Of a stretch of DNA of 64,000 bases, positions 24,603 to 38,400 are shown one piece after another; position 1 is the stretch's first letter; every line of letters begins with the position of its first letter. Under the pieces are notes generated by a model. The model was given only the letters and a program-made list of their open reading frames with translations. It did no database searches and was not told the origin of the DNA. Origin of the DNA: Octopus sinensis (lineage: Eukaryota); NCBI RefSeq assembly GCF_006345805.1, contig NC_042997.1, forward strand, positions 45,322,001 through 45,386,000. Reading direction: 5' to 3'. A program made the position numbers and the translations under genes.

Positions 24603-25583
24603 TTGGTGAGGCCCAATGTTCGAAGGTCATGCTTCACCACCTCATCCCAGGTCTTCCTGGGTCTACCTCTTGAACAGGTTCCCTCAACTTCTAGGGTGTG
24701 GCACTTTTTCACACAGCTATCCTCATCCATTCTCGCCACATGACCATACCAGTGCAGTCTTCTCTCTTGCACACCACATCTAATGCTTCTTAAGTCCAAC
24801 TTTTCTCTCAAGGTGCTTACACTTTGTCTAGTATTACACATCCATTGGAGCATATTGGCTTCATTCCTTGCAAGCTCATGCATGTCCTCAGAAGTCACAG
24901 CCCATGTTTCACTGCCATGTAGCATGGCTGTTTGTATACATGCGTCATACACTCTGCCTTTTACTCTGAATGAGAGGCCCTTTGTCACCAGCAGAAGTAA
25001 GATCTCTCTGAACTTTGCCCAGTCTATTTTTATTCTAGGAGCTACACTTTCAACACACCCTCCCCCACTACTGACTTGGTTACCTAGGTAGTGGAAGCTG
25101 TAGTTTTTCTCCTTGGAATGTGGCGGAAGTTGTTCTCTGCACATTTTCAGTGTTTATTGCTCCAGAGCATATGCCACATACAAAATCTATCTTTCCAGCT
25201 AGTTTTCCTGATATTGCTGTACCTCTTATGTGTCCATAGCTTACAGTGGGTACATCTTATAGAGTTTCTAACTAAACCTTTTCTACAAATCGAGCAGGGT
25301 CATCTACCTGAAGGGATTTGTGGTTTGTCTGCCTTCCTACTTATTAGGATTTTGGTTTCAGCTAGGTTGATTCTAAGGCCCTTTGATTCTAATCCTTGCT
25401 TGCATACCTGAAACTTCTCCTCTAGTTCTGATAGTGACTCAGCAATTAGAGCAAGGTCATCAGCATAGAGGGGCTCCCAGGGGTATCCTGTCTTGAATTC
25501 CTCCGTTATTGCCTGCAGGATTATGATAAATATGAGGGGACGGAGGACTGAACCTTTGTGGACCCCCTACATCTACCCAGAAT

Positions 25584-25585
<2 letters not shown>
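24603..25585 (-). mobile_element. RTE-clade LINE reverse transcriptase fragment, inactivated
   Basis: GSVLRPLIF...YPWEPLYADDLALIAES...CSICRKG...CTHCKLWTHKR...YLGNQVSSGGGC...GSETWAV...LHWYGHVARM...RGRPRKTWDEVV; one in-frame stop and at least two frameshifts. Confidence 0.93.
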
Positions 25586-25615
<30 letters not shown>

Positions 25616-25920
25616 CATATATATACATATATACATACGCATATATATACACACATACACACATATACACACATACATATATATACATATACATATATAT
25701 ATACATACACACACACACACACATATATATATATACATACACACACACATATATATATACATATATACATACATACACACATACAGACACACATACATAC
25801 ATAAATACATACATACATACACACACGCACGCGCGCGCGCACACACACACACACACATACATACATACAAACATACATACATACACACATACATACACAC
25901 ATACATACATAATACATACA

Positions 25921-25956
<36 letters not shown>

Positions 25957-25962
25957 CATATA
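25586..25962. repeat. (CT)n-(AT)n-(ATAC)n-(CG)n compound microsatellite
   Basis: Directly visible; includes GCACGCGCGCGCGCACAC. Confidence 0.95.
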
Positions 25963-26289
25963 ATAGAAAATGTGTTCATAAATAATTTGATAACTACTGT
26001 TTCAGCATTCTGATCTAAAGATTACACACACACACACACACACGTATTTATTATATATTTATTTATTTCAGAAGACATATGCTATTATACTCTAAAGTAA
26101 AAAATTTGTCAGACCAATATAATTCTTCAAATGTTTCTTAAAAAGAATGTTAAAACTGAGATAAATAAATCAGATATTTATTTAAGACAAAGGTCATTTA
26201 CCCCCTCCCCACACTTAAATGTATATAAAAACATACAACAAAGCAGTATTGTATATGTATATGTGTGTGTATATATATTTATATATATA

Positions 26290-26678
26290 GGCGCAGGAGT
26301 GGCTGTGTGGTAAGTAGCTTGCTTATCAACCACATGGTTCCGGGTTCAGTCCCATAGCGTGGCATCTTAGGCAAGTGTCTTCTGCTATAGCCCCGGGCCG
26401 ACCAATACCTTGTGAGTGGATTTGGTAGACAGAAACTGAAAGAAGCCCGTCGTATATATGTATATATATATATGTGTGTGTGTGTGCGTGTTTGTCCCCC
26501 TAGCATTGCTTGATAACCGATGCTGGTGTGTTTACGTCCCTGTCACTTAGCGGTTCGGCAAAAGAGACTGATAGAATAAGTACTGGGCTTACAAAGAATA
26601 AGCCCCGGGGTCGATTTGCTCGCCTAAAGGTGGTGCTCCAGCATGGCCGCAGTCAAATGACTGAAACAAGTAAAAGAG
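26290..26678 (+). mobile_element. Full-length group A SINE embedded in (AT)n
   Basis: Matches the 9960 copy. Confidence 0.92.
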
Positions 26679-26690
26679 TATATATATATG

Positions 26691-26721
<31 letters not shown>

Positions 26722-26734
26722 GTATATATATATG

Positions 26735-26768
<34 letters not shown>

Positions 26769-27032
26769 TATATGCAGATAATGAAATATTGTCATAGCTT
26801 CTTGCAACTGGCAGTATGTGTCTATGTTTGTGTGTAAAGAATACTTAAATCTCAAATGTAGTTTTGAACTATTGTACATCCTACTACATTTAGAAACACA
26901 CATTCATGTGCGTGTGTGTGTGTGTGTATTTATATATATATATACATATATGTATGTGTGTGTGTTTATGTTTGTATATATTCTATGTGTGTATCTATAT
27001 TTATATATAAATGCATATATATTTTAATACAG

Positions 27033-27081
<49 letters not shown>

Positions 27082-30000
27082 AATGCATGTATATAAATGT
27101 ATACACACACACATAGTTAGGAAAGGAAGTTCATATGCAGTCTTTGTTTTTACATTTTTTTCCTGCTGGTATAGACTGATTTGCTTTTTGCTTAGAACTA
27201 AAATTGGAAGACTTATTTTTCAAGAAAGGAGAATATCCCGCAGAAAGCATTATTTTGGAATCAAGAAAGATAAGTAGCTAAATAAATAAATCTTGCTTAA
27301 AGACAAGGATTCTTGTGTTTGTACTTGAAAACATAGAATATTCTAAGCAGATTGTAACCTTCAAGTTAGATATGATTGCTGCAATGATGTGAGTCTAAAA
27401 AGAGTTGAACAAGCGTTTCAGTGGTAGGAACATGAGAGGGTAGGATTATTAAAAGAAATTTTCCATTCTTTTTCTTTTTTTTCCCTCTATTTAATGTTCA
27501 TTGAAAATAAATAACAAACAAGAAATAAAAAAAAGTCCCTATACATCTAAGATATTTCAAATCTGCAATGTAATACAAAGATTTTTTTTTTTTCTTCCTG
27601 AAATAATTATTATTTGTGGGTTGGGAATATACATATATATTTCAAGAAAGACTCATAATGGGTGTAGAGAAAGTTGCCTAAACATAATTCTAAATACGGT
27701 ACTTAGCACAGAACACAACATTAACCCTTTAACCCATTTTGCCTTTATGATCAATGTTTAGAAAAATTGAAGATAGCTGTTATGGACTATTAAAAGTATC
27801 GTTAAGGGATGCTTAAAATACTAGTCTCACACGAAATTTATTACACTATGTAGTGTTATGATTCTAATTTTTCAGCTGATTAACATCATTTTACACACTG
27901 TTATGTTTAATTTGATCTCTGCTTATCAGCAGGTATATTATTCTTGGGTTGGGTATGTAAGCATAGAAAACCAGACTAGTATACTGGATTGCTAGTCTTG
28001 CAATATGAAATAAAGGTATCTAATTCAAATAATTCAGTTTCGTACTATGTACATAAGCAAGAGAAAGATAGCAAAGTACATGAAATATATCATAAATGCA
28101 AATAAATGTTTTATTTCTGAAGATGAGGACAATAGTCTCAAAAATTATAATCATATTTAAAAACAACTTATTGCTGACATTTATTCAATTGCTTTATCAT
28201 CATCATCTTTTAATCCCACTTTCCATGCTGTCAGGATGGGTCACCACATTTCGAGTTAGTTCCATTTGATAGTTACTTCACTCATAGATGGGTCAGAGGA
28301 CTACATCACCCTTATTCTAGTTTGGGCATGGTTCTATGGCGAGAGGTCACTATGTACTTGGTAAAATTAAAAGTCCTCTCAGCCTTTTGTTATTGCTGTT
28401 TGCTAATTCACTATATTACAGCAATTTTATTTCTGCTTTCTATCAGTTCAAAATCAGATTAAATAAATGCCACTAATATGTTAGGGCCACATTAATTGAC
28501 TACACAGCTCAGCCTACAAAGTTGAACTTGTGCCTAAGAAATAAATCAATATTCAGTTTTGGAGTTTTTCATTGTGGATTTAAATTATATTGAGGCTGAA
28601 ATTTTCCTGTCCATCATCTAGGGCCAAGAGTAAGTGTAATAGATAATCTGACTGGGATCAATTCAATTAGCATTACATATAGAAAAATTAACTTTGTATG
28701 TAATCAATTCAAATTAGCAAACTGATAAATTGCAGAAGTCCAAATTAAGTACTTTCATCTACTGCTTCTTGTAGTATTTAAAACAGCTACTCTGAATGCA
28801 TTTTCTCTTCTTTGAACCAACACTCCTATGAATCCCAAGTGAATGATTATAACCAGATTAATTAAAAGGTGAGATTAATTGGCAAAAAAAACAAAAACAA
28901 AACAAAACAAATACATAATATACCTCTAGAGATCAATATAATATATAAGCAGGTTCCTGAGAAAAGTAGTTATCAATGGATCCATCATTATCACCATCAT
29001 CTCTTCTTGTACTGATTTCACTAATTATTTTCACTTTCTTCTGGTTATTAGGGAGCATCTGATGAGTTGTTGTTTGCTTATTTTTATCTTAGTCTTTTTA
29101 CATATAACTTTGATACAGCAAGCTTTCATTATGTTTGATTAAGACAGGCAATCTTCTTCACTTACATTTTGACATAAATAAAATTTCTTTCTTTCTTTTT
29201 TCTTTTTGTTCATTTGTACATGAAGAGCTACAATTGCAATTAAGAAAGGACATCAAAGAAAGTAACCCGGATGCATTAACCAAGGATGCAACACAAGTGA
29301 ATTCATACATCCAGTCTTTGGCAACCCTACAATTTTAATTGTAAACCATCATTGAGTTTAAGTCATCAAATTCATGTCACTTAAATGATACATTAAATAA
29401 ATTATCCAGCACTCTTACAACCAAATCATTCTATCAGTTTACTGAAATCTAGCAAAATGGACGGCTAAATTACAGCCTGCAGTCAGGTGAAATGTTATGT
29501 TCATCTGGGCTGAATTTTTGTACAGAACTCTATGGTATGGATTTCTTTACATGTATAAATTCAGTCACATGAAATTATGCACATTTGGCAGGATATCACG
29601 AGTTAGAGGTAGAAATAACTGGTAGAAGTTAAGTGAGAAAGACTGATTCAAAACCAAAGGACATTAAACCTCACAAGTGAAATTATGAGGGTTGTGGAAT
29701 TAAGCTTTACTGCTAACACTAGTTGAATTCAAAAAATAAAAAAGGAACTTTAAAATGATGGTGATTTAAAAAATGATGAACAAAAAATCATGAAACAGTC
29801 AGTGATTCTGACAAATTGGCATTCAAGTATTTTAAATTAAAAAAACAGTAGCAAGGATATTAAAACATGAGAAAACTAAAAATGATAAATAGAAAAGACA
29901 GCTGGAAAAATCATTTAAAATAATAGTACTACTGTTGAAATTTCTACAAGGAAATTAGCATTACTAAATTATTAATGAGAATTGATTTTTTATCCCACTA

Positions 30001-31217
30001 GAATATTTTGAGTTACTGATTATTGCTTTGATGATAGACAAGGAACCATAATCTTGTAGGTACAACTTAGGTTAAGATGACTAAATAGAAAAATGTTAAA
30101 TCATATAGAAAAGACAATTCAAATTCATTCAGCGAAAATTTCCTTTGAAATATAACTTGTGATTTATCATTATTTCCCCCCCTTGTAACTGTTCTTCCAA
30201 CTGGTTGTTCTTTTTACTACTAACAAAAAAAACAACAAAAAAAACAGGAAGTTGGGTGGAATTGAGGCAAGTAGAATTAATATGCTTTACTGAGAAGCAT
30301 AACATATGTGGAAATGTTTCAATTCATGATCAAGTAATAGTATTTCAGCTAGCATTGAACAGTCACTGAATACAATTAAATGCATGAACAGATTACTCTT
30401 CAATTTGCATACAAATTAAGTATTTAAATCCATATGGTACTGACATGTGCAATGGGGCCATTGACAATAGTATTCTAAGGATATCATATATCCAACTTTA
30501 ATTTTTCCTATTTTCCAATGTAATTTGGTGCCAATAATGTTAGAAGACAGCAGATAATAATATCTGTAACAATATCAAATTCAAGATTCTATCTAGCTGT
30601 TTCATATTTATGGTAGATAAATGATAAATTAAAGAAGTTGCTGCCATTAGATCTCGGAGTCAAAGGAAATTAAACAGGATATATAAAGTTTAAAGTTACA
30701 TACCTCAAGCATCAGCCAAATGGAGAAGCTCTCCCAGAAATTTTATGGGAGGCAGAGTTTATACCACCCATTATCATGGCATAATAAATAAATTCTTCGT
30801 ATCAAATATATATTCTGATATGAAATCCTCACAAACTCAACACTACACTACAAATATGGTCACAACCATAATTTATAACAGCTTCATGATGGCCATGAGG
30901 GAAATAATGTTTTTAAGTTTTCAGGACCCTTGTGCAATGGCTAACAAATTTTAAGTGTTATGCCAATCATTATCTACAAAGTAAATAAATACCCAGAAGA
31001 AAATAATGAAGATTAATAAATAAATACAAATTTTAAAAAATTAATAATCAACCTGACAGCAGTATATAAAATAAAAATGTATAGTGTATGCACACATGCC
31101 TCCTCGTCCCACCCCAACACATGATTGCTGAATTCTAAATCATAAATAAGAACATCTAATGAGAAATTCATTCACCCTAAAAGAGGCAAGATCCCAAGGT
31201 TTTGTTAGCTTTGTTTG

Positions 31218-31254
<37 letters not shown>

Positions 31255-31379
31255 TGAAAATAAATTAATTACAACTGGGGAAAGAAAACAAAAACGTTAC
31301 TAAATTGAATTAACATTGATTAATTGAATCATGAAATAATATTTATCAAACAATCGCCATACTACAGACTTGTTCAACT

Positions 31380-31410
<31 letters not shown>

Positions 31411-32026
31411 GCAGACATGATGATGATCATGTAGATCATAATCACAATCTTTATCGTCATAATCATCTCTGATTAATAACGTAATAAAAAGATGTTAAAA
31501 ACTGTTTACAACTGAAATTTCTAGTTCTGTAGGATTTTGATGTTGTCATAAAATAAACAGATTTAGTAGTAGATATCTTAAGCTGAATGTATTTGGCAAA
31601 GGAAATGGCCCTGCATTAATGGATACAAACCTTTGACCCTTTTACCAGTTTGCTAGCATCTTAACAACTTAACCATCTGTGATTCACATTAACCAGAGGT
31701 TGTTATCTGTTTTCCAAACAAGTTGACTGAAGCAACTAACATGATTAGTCTACCTTGTTGTTATTACAGCATCAAAACTACTCAAACATTGTACCTATGA
31801 TACTGATATGCTGAAACGGATATATTAGAAGCAGCTAGGCTTTTGGCAATTGTTTAACTCTCAGTGTCATAGATGAGTAAATGTACATGTTTAACTTCTT
31901 TTATTGATTTCTCGCAAAATTTTATTGCTCTCATTGTCAAATGGCTTTTATGTATGGGCATAAATTTTCTCAGGAAATATATTTCTTAATTTTTTTTTTT
32001 TTAGGTCACATAGGTACAATAGATTT

Positions 32027-32484
32027 TTTCTCTTTTCTCTTTTACTTGTTTCAGTCATTTGATTGCGGCCATGCTGGAGCACCGCCTTTAATCGAGCAAA
32101 TCGACCCCGGGACTTATTCTTTTGTAAGCCCAGTACTTATTCTATCAGTCTCTTTTGCCGAACCGCTAAGTAACGGGGACATAAACACACCAGCATCGGT
32201 TGTCAAGCAATGCTAGGGGGACAAACACAGACACACAAACACACACATACATATATATATATACATATATACGACAGGCTTCTTTCAGTTTCCGTCTACC
32301 AAATCCACTCACAAGGCATTGGTCGGCCCGGGGCTATAGCAGAAGACACTTGCCCAAGATGCCATGCAGTGGGACTGAACCCAGAACCATGTGGTTGGTT
32401 GGCAAGCTACTTACTACACAGCCACTCTTGCGCCTATAAACAGCCACTCCTGCGCCTATAAACAGCCACTCCTGCACCTATAAG
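32027..32484 (-). mobile_element. Group A SINE with triplicated 22-bp 5' end
   Basis: Matches group A; CAGCCACTCCTGCGCCTATAAA three times at 32419-32484. Confidence 0.92.
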
Positions 32485-33419
32485 GTTCAAGATGTCAAGG
32501 TTCTTCAGAAACCCAGTGCCCTCCACCACTTTTTTGCAATGCTAGTACTACATGCACAAAGGCATAAATTTGAAATAGTTACTGAAGCCACTGTAGTATC
32601 TCAATAATTATATTAAGAAGGCAATCCCATGATGATGAGTAAAAGTTGAAAGAAGATGTATTAATAATGGCTAAATAATAATTGATGGGAAAACTGATGA
32701 ATACTCATCAGACAAAAATAAATGGAAAATAATCTTTTAATCCCAATTGTTATATTTTATGGTAATATCTCTTAGTAAATCTATGATACTTATTAACTCC
32801 AAAAACTACAATATGAAGAATTAGTAGAAAATAATCTTTTAAATCCAATTTTTATATTTTATGACAAAAACATTTGGTAAAATGATGCAACTTATCTCCT
32901 AAAAATACAATACGGAAGAAGGAATTAAGACGCTTCTCAAAACAACAAAAAATTATGCTTAGTTCTAGATATCCTAATCTGAAGCAAATAACAATACAAA
33001 TATCATGTTAACGTCCATTTCTTTATCCGGGCATAAATTAGATGGGTCTAGCAGACAACATACTGTAATCCATCTTAAGGTTTTTATCTCATCTCAGAAC
33101 CTTGCATCTTGAGATCTTGTGATTTCACTATTTTTCCCTACCTGCCTTCACTGAAAGTATATACAGCTTCCACCAGCACTCATCATTCAGTCACATCATA
33201 TAACAATACATACCAGTACAGTTGCCTTCTTTGTAGACACCAGTATATATCTTTGATATTTAGTAGTTCCCTTTACTCACATGTGCTCTGTCTTTCATGC
33301 AGAGTAACATTATAGAAGCCATGCAGTGAATCATGCTTACTTTATTTTTCTCCAGGTTCTAAATATTTTTCTAGCCTAAGCACATGCCAGATTTGTTTCA
33401 ATACATTCATAAGCACAAA

Positions 33420-33560
33420 CATGACTGCGAGGTAAAGAAGTCTGCAACCCAACTACATGGTTTTGGGTTCAGTCACACTGTGTGGCACCTTGGCTGGCTA
33501 AAGCCATGCAAGTAGATTTGGTAGGCGGAAACTGGAAAAAACTTGTCTCGTGTGTGTGTG
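33420..33560 (+). mobile_element. Old left-half-only group A-like SINE
   Basis: GGTAAAGAAGTCTG...GGTTCAGTCACACTGTGTGGCACCTTGG...GATTTGGTAGGCGGAAACTG then (TG)n, with no right half. Confidence 0.6.
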
Positions 33561-33567
33561 TGGGTGC

Positions 33568-33610
<43 letters not shown>

Positions 33611-33793
33611 GTGTGTGTGTGTGTGTGTGTGCATGTATATATACATGTAGATGTAGGTACGTACATATATGTATGTATGCATATATTTTATTTATTACAC
33701 TATTGTATGACACTGAGCGCCTTCGCGTCGATTCGATTCATTCCGTTTCGTTTCGTTTCTTCTTCTTCTCTCAGTGCAGTTTATATATATATA

Positions 33794-33867
<74 letters not shown>

Positions 33868-33952
33868 GCTGTCTAAGAATCCATAAGTCAGGAAAAACTG
33901 CACTCATATCTGTCAGTAGAGTGGGTAAATTGATCAAAGAGTACCTTCATTA

Positions 33953-34157
33953 CAGCCAACCTTACCAATCAGTTTCGTATTGGGGATTCAACAGAGTGTT
34001 AGGTAACAGTTAGATTATGTAAACCTGTGCTCTTCAGTGATGGCAGTTATGGAATGAAATATGGCAAATGCTCTCCGGAAAGCAGGGTTACATAACTGGA
34101 CTGTCACCTAACACTCTGTTGAACCCCTAATGTGAAACTGACTAGTAAGATTGGCTG
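33953..34157. mobile_element. MITE with about 80-bp imperfect TIRs, TA-flanked (Tc1/mariner-like)
   Basis: TA|CAGCCAACCTTAC...CAACAGAGTGTTAGGT pairs with ACCTAACACTCTGTTG...GTAAGATTGGCTG|TA. Confidence 0.7.
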
Positions 34158-35220
34158 TAATGTATATATATATATATATATATAATACTGTACACTTTGA
34201 TTATTAGATATTATATATATTCACCTAAACAAATTCCATCTGACCCATGCTAGCATGAAAAAGTGGATGTTATGATGATGATAATGATGATGACCACGAT
34301 GATAATGTGAATGTATGTCCATTCTTGTTGACAAATAAAAGCATTAGTTTACTTTACTTATTACACAAAAGATTAGTTGTCAGGAATTACACTAGGACAT
34401 TGAACTATAGGCCTCACCAGATCAGTTTTATCTAGTATGCAGTGCTTTTTCAGTTGATTATATTAATAAACCAAATCACTATTGTTGTTACAGCATATTG
34501 TCTAAATTTAATTTAATGAAAATAAGCATGACTGTATACTTAAGAAGTTCACATTGCAACCATGTGGTCCTGGATTCCTTTCCACCGCATGCCCTGTTGA
34601 GCAAGTAACTTCATGCACAGTCAAAGTTTGACCAAGGCAAATGGAAACTGCATGGATATATGGATAACTGTCATGTATGTGTGTGTTTGTGCGTGCACAG
34701 ACAAAAGAAAACCTGTGCACCAAATACCTTCTGGTATTTAGTCCATCCTTATAACATAAACTTGCCCGTGTCACTGTCATTAGTGGAAATACTATAATTT
34801 TGCCATTAAAAATCTATAGTCAATGATACTATTGTCCACTAAGAGCGGGAGATAAAATTTTTTAAAAATAATAAACAAAAAGCGTAAGCCAGTTCAATGA
34901 CTAAAAGTGAATGAACTTTGACTCAAAATGTATTTATTAGTTGGTTCATCTAAATATTTTGATCACATGAAAATTTTAGTGACATATGATATCACAAACT
35001 ATCATAGACTGTGAAAGTCTCTAGCTATATGAATCCACTGGAGTAAGACAGAATTCACAAAGGGTTTGAAAACTCAGAAGAAACAGGCATAAAGAAATAT
35101 ATTTGTTTAATCAAAATAAAAAAAGAGCCACATTGTAGAAACATGTGAAATAAAATAAACTGAAATTTTAAAAATATTTTTGTTTTTAATAATAAATTCT
35201 GGCAGATAATGAAGAGAATC

Positions 35221-35286
35221 AGAAAGGGTGTATAACATGAAGAGAAAGGGTATATAACATGAAGAGAAAGGGTGTATAACATGAAG
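35221..35286. repeat. 22-bp minisatellite, 3 copies
   Basis: AGAAAGGGT(G/A)TATAACATGAAG three times. Confidence 0.9.
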
Positions 35287-35430
35287 GTTTATTCCTCTAC
35301 GTTCCATGAATCAAACATGCCGAGAACTGACTTTGATTTTCATCTCAATAAGATCAACCAAATCAGTACTGATAACATATTGGCTGAGCTCCTAGTCAGA
35401 AGAAATCAATTATGACTGATATATATATAT

Positions 35431-35495
<65 letters not shown>

Positions 35496-38400
35496 TATAT
35501 ATACATATATATATATACAGACAAGAGTGAGGAGTTTGACATTGAATTTTATGTCTATTCTTGTGTGTGTTTCTGCATGCATGCATGCATGAGTGTATAA
35601 ATGTATAGAAAGTCTCCCAACAATTCCTTTCATTTTAGGGATATCATTCCACAATATTCTTGTAAATATATGTCTCCATGTTAATCACCAGGTGCTTTGA
35701 TTTCTAAAAGTCAGTATTGTAGAAGCCTAATTTAAAGTAAGAAACAGAGTGCAATTCTAAAACACTAATTGGACTGTATTAGTACACAAAAATATAAAAT
35801 ACTGCATGAATATATATAGCTGTTTTATTACCTTCTTCCTTGTACATTTACACAATTAGAGTATGATTGGCTATTAGAGTTGAATTTACTAATATACATT
35901 TGTTATAGGAAGCAAGAATAAATCTGTTGTGTCCTATATATGAAAATGGAGAAGATTGAAAATAAATGATACAATTAAGAGACACAATCAAAGAAACTGA
36001 ACCATCACAATTATCTTCAAAAAGCTAGGTTATTAGTGAAATACTAAGTCATTTTAAATATTCACGAGATCATGAAATTATGCTATTTTATTGATAAAGT
36101 TCTTCATATCCTTGTTATTATTCCAAACAGTTTTAAAAATTGGTAAAAAAAAAAACAAGCAAAGAACAGTTTGAGGTGATAAATAAACCTAAATAAACTT
36201 TACTAATTACCAAACAGGATAAGAATGAGAATATATTTATAAAAAAAATTTCTCAAATAATTTAGTATCCTGCTGCAAATCTATAGCATATTTTTTCCTT
36301 TCAGCATTTATAAATGAAGAAGTATGTTTCTTGTAAATAATGCTTTTGTTTTTGTTGCAAAAGAAATATTCTGTAAATTATAATAAATTGATTTTAATTA
36401 AGAAGCTAATAACTTTTGTTCAGAGATATTTTTTCCCATCTATTCTTCTTTAAAAATCTATAAAATATCTTCAATATTAATATTTATTGTAAAGAAATAC
36501 AGCAATATAGAAAAAGTAAAAATAAACGAAAAAAAAAAGTCAATTGATTCTAAAGCTAGTTACCAACAGAGAAAAATTCATTTGAAGTTCGGAAAAGAAT
36601 ATTGAGATTAACTGAAGAAAGGAGGAATATAATAATGAAATATTCTGAAGACACCAATAGATTTAAAGCAGTTAGTAGTACCTAAGATCAATAGTGTTCT
36701 GATGAATTATATTCCACTGTGTAGTAGTAACATAATTATAACATTAATTAAGGGTATTTTTATATATAAATATAGCTGCTAGAGATTAGATAAGAAATTA
36801 ACAAGTATACACAGCAGTGTGCCAATGTAATTTAGAAAAAGAAAATAAGTTCAGGAACAGAAGAGAAAGTAGACAAACAAGCAAAGGAGAGAAAAAGATT
36901 AAAAAGAATAACAATGGTCAATATTACATCTTACAACAGTAAACTATTTGTAGAGATGTTTCTTGGAGTAAAGAAGTTTTCTTAATTAATTTTATGACGA
37001 TAATACTTACAGCAATAATCTATGTTACATAAATAAACAAACGAGCCATAAGATATATTTAAAAAAACAAAAGAACAGTAAAAGAGATAAGAAAGAAAGT
37101 CAAAAAGAAGTGTTTTATGCAAATAAGTGAAACTGTAGCTGAATCTTTCAAATAAACATAAACTAAAAACTGTTTATAAAGAGAGAATTTCTCATAAATT
37201 ACAAATTGGCAGGCAGCCACTTTGAAGGTTGGGAGAAATAGATAGAAAAGATGAGTAGAGATGATAGAGCTAAATGAAGAGCTATCTATAAAAGACAAGG
37301 CTAAATGTGATGACAGATTTAGATATTATCAATGTATATAAAATAATTATGAGAACAATGATAAACAAATGACAATAGCAGAGATAGAATAACAATGTTA
37401 GGTCATAGATTGAGGTAGATTAAATGCAATCAACCCCGTGATGACACTGATGTTATTAATGGGCAGAATTATCGAAACTTCCTTTCAGATGCAGTCATTT
37501 TTCTTATCAGACAATAAACTGAGAGATATTGCAGCAAAGACCTCCACTCCTCCTCTTCTATTCAGTCCTTTCAACATTTGCACAGATGTACATGAAATCA
37601 TACAGAAAGGCAAGCACATATATAAACATTCATGTATGTGTGTGTGTGTATTTATGATTCTCCCTCATTATCTAGTTCTGTACCACTTTTGTAATTGTGA
37701 TTAGCCCAAATGAAAAACAGTTATAATTTCAAGTTAGGCAGCTCACACAGAAAGAGAGATATTTCATAAGAAGAAAAAGGGCATCATTAATGCCAAATAA
37801 AAGTCATGGTTTACTGGTTTAACATGACAACATAAAAGAGAATTATAAATGAGGGTAATTACTCCAGATAAGACTAGAGAACAAATGAGAAGGAGAAACA
37901 GAAATGAATGGAATAAAGTGTATCTGTGCAAATTTATTAAGGGCTAGAGTTTTAGGGTAACTATGTTCCAGCTCAGAATGCTGATAGGGTGTTAGCCAAC
38001 AAGCCTAAGGGAGTAGACATATATTCTCAACAGGGCTGTGAAAGTTGGTTCGATGATACAAAATTGGTACTATTTGCTTCCTGTTGTATGCTTAGATTGA
38101 TATCTAATATACTGGAGGATATTTTGGGAATTTCAGATTACTATTATAAATTTTTCCCCAAAAAAACCCTCTGAGAAAGGCTGTGGTATTTGTACATAAA
38201 ACCTTTGACTCTTGACTCCAACCTTATTTTATTGATGCCATTGACCGTGACTCCTGTATTTGTAATTTGATTGATATATTTCTTATATTGACTGAAAGTA
38301 TACAACAACCATGGTGAGTGTGAATCATCAAGCTACTTGTTAAAAGGCTACAGCTGTACTGGTTTTATTATTTATTAAAAGACATTACAGAAAATTAAAT

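Noticed and set aside
30713-30975. Strong-looking minus-strand acceptor and donor pair (also near 16340-16430 and 5600-5682)
   Set aside because: Stops in all frames; such signals are common by chance in AT-rich DNA. Non-coding exons cannot be excluded.
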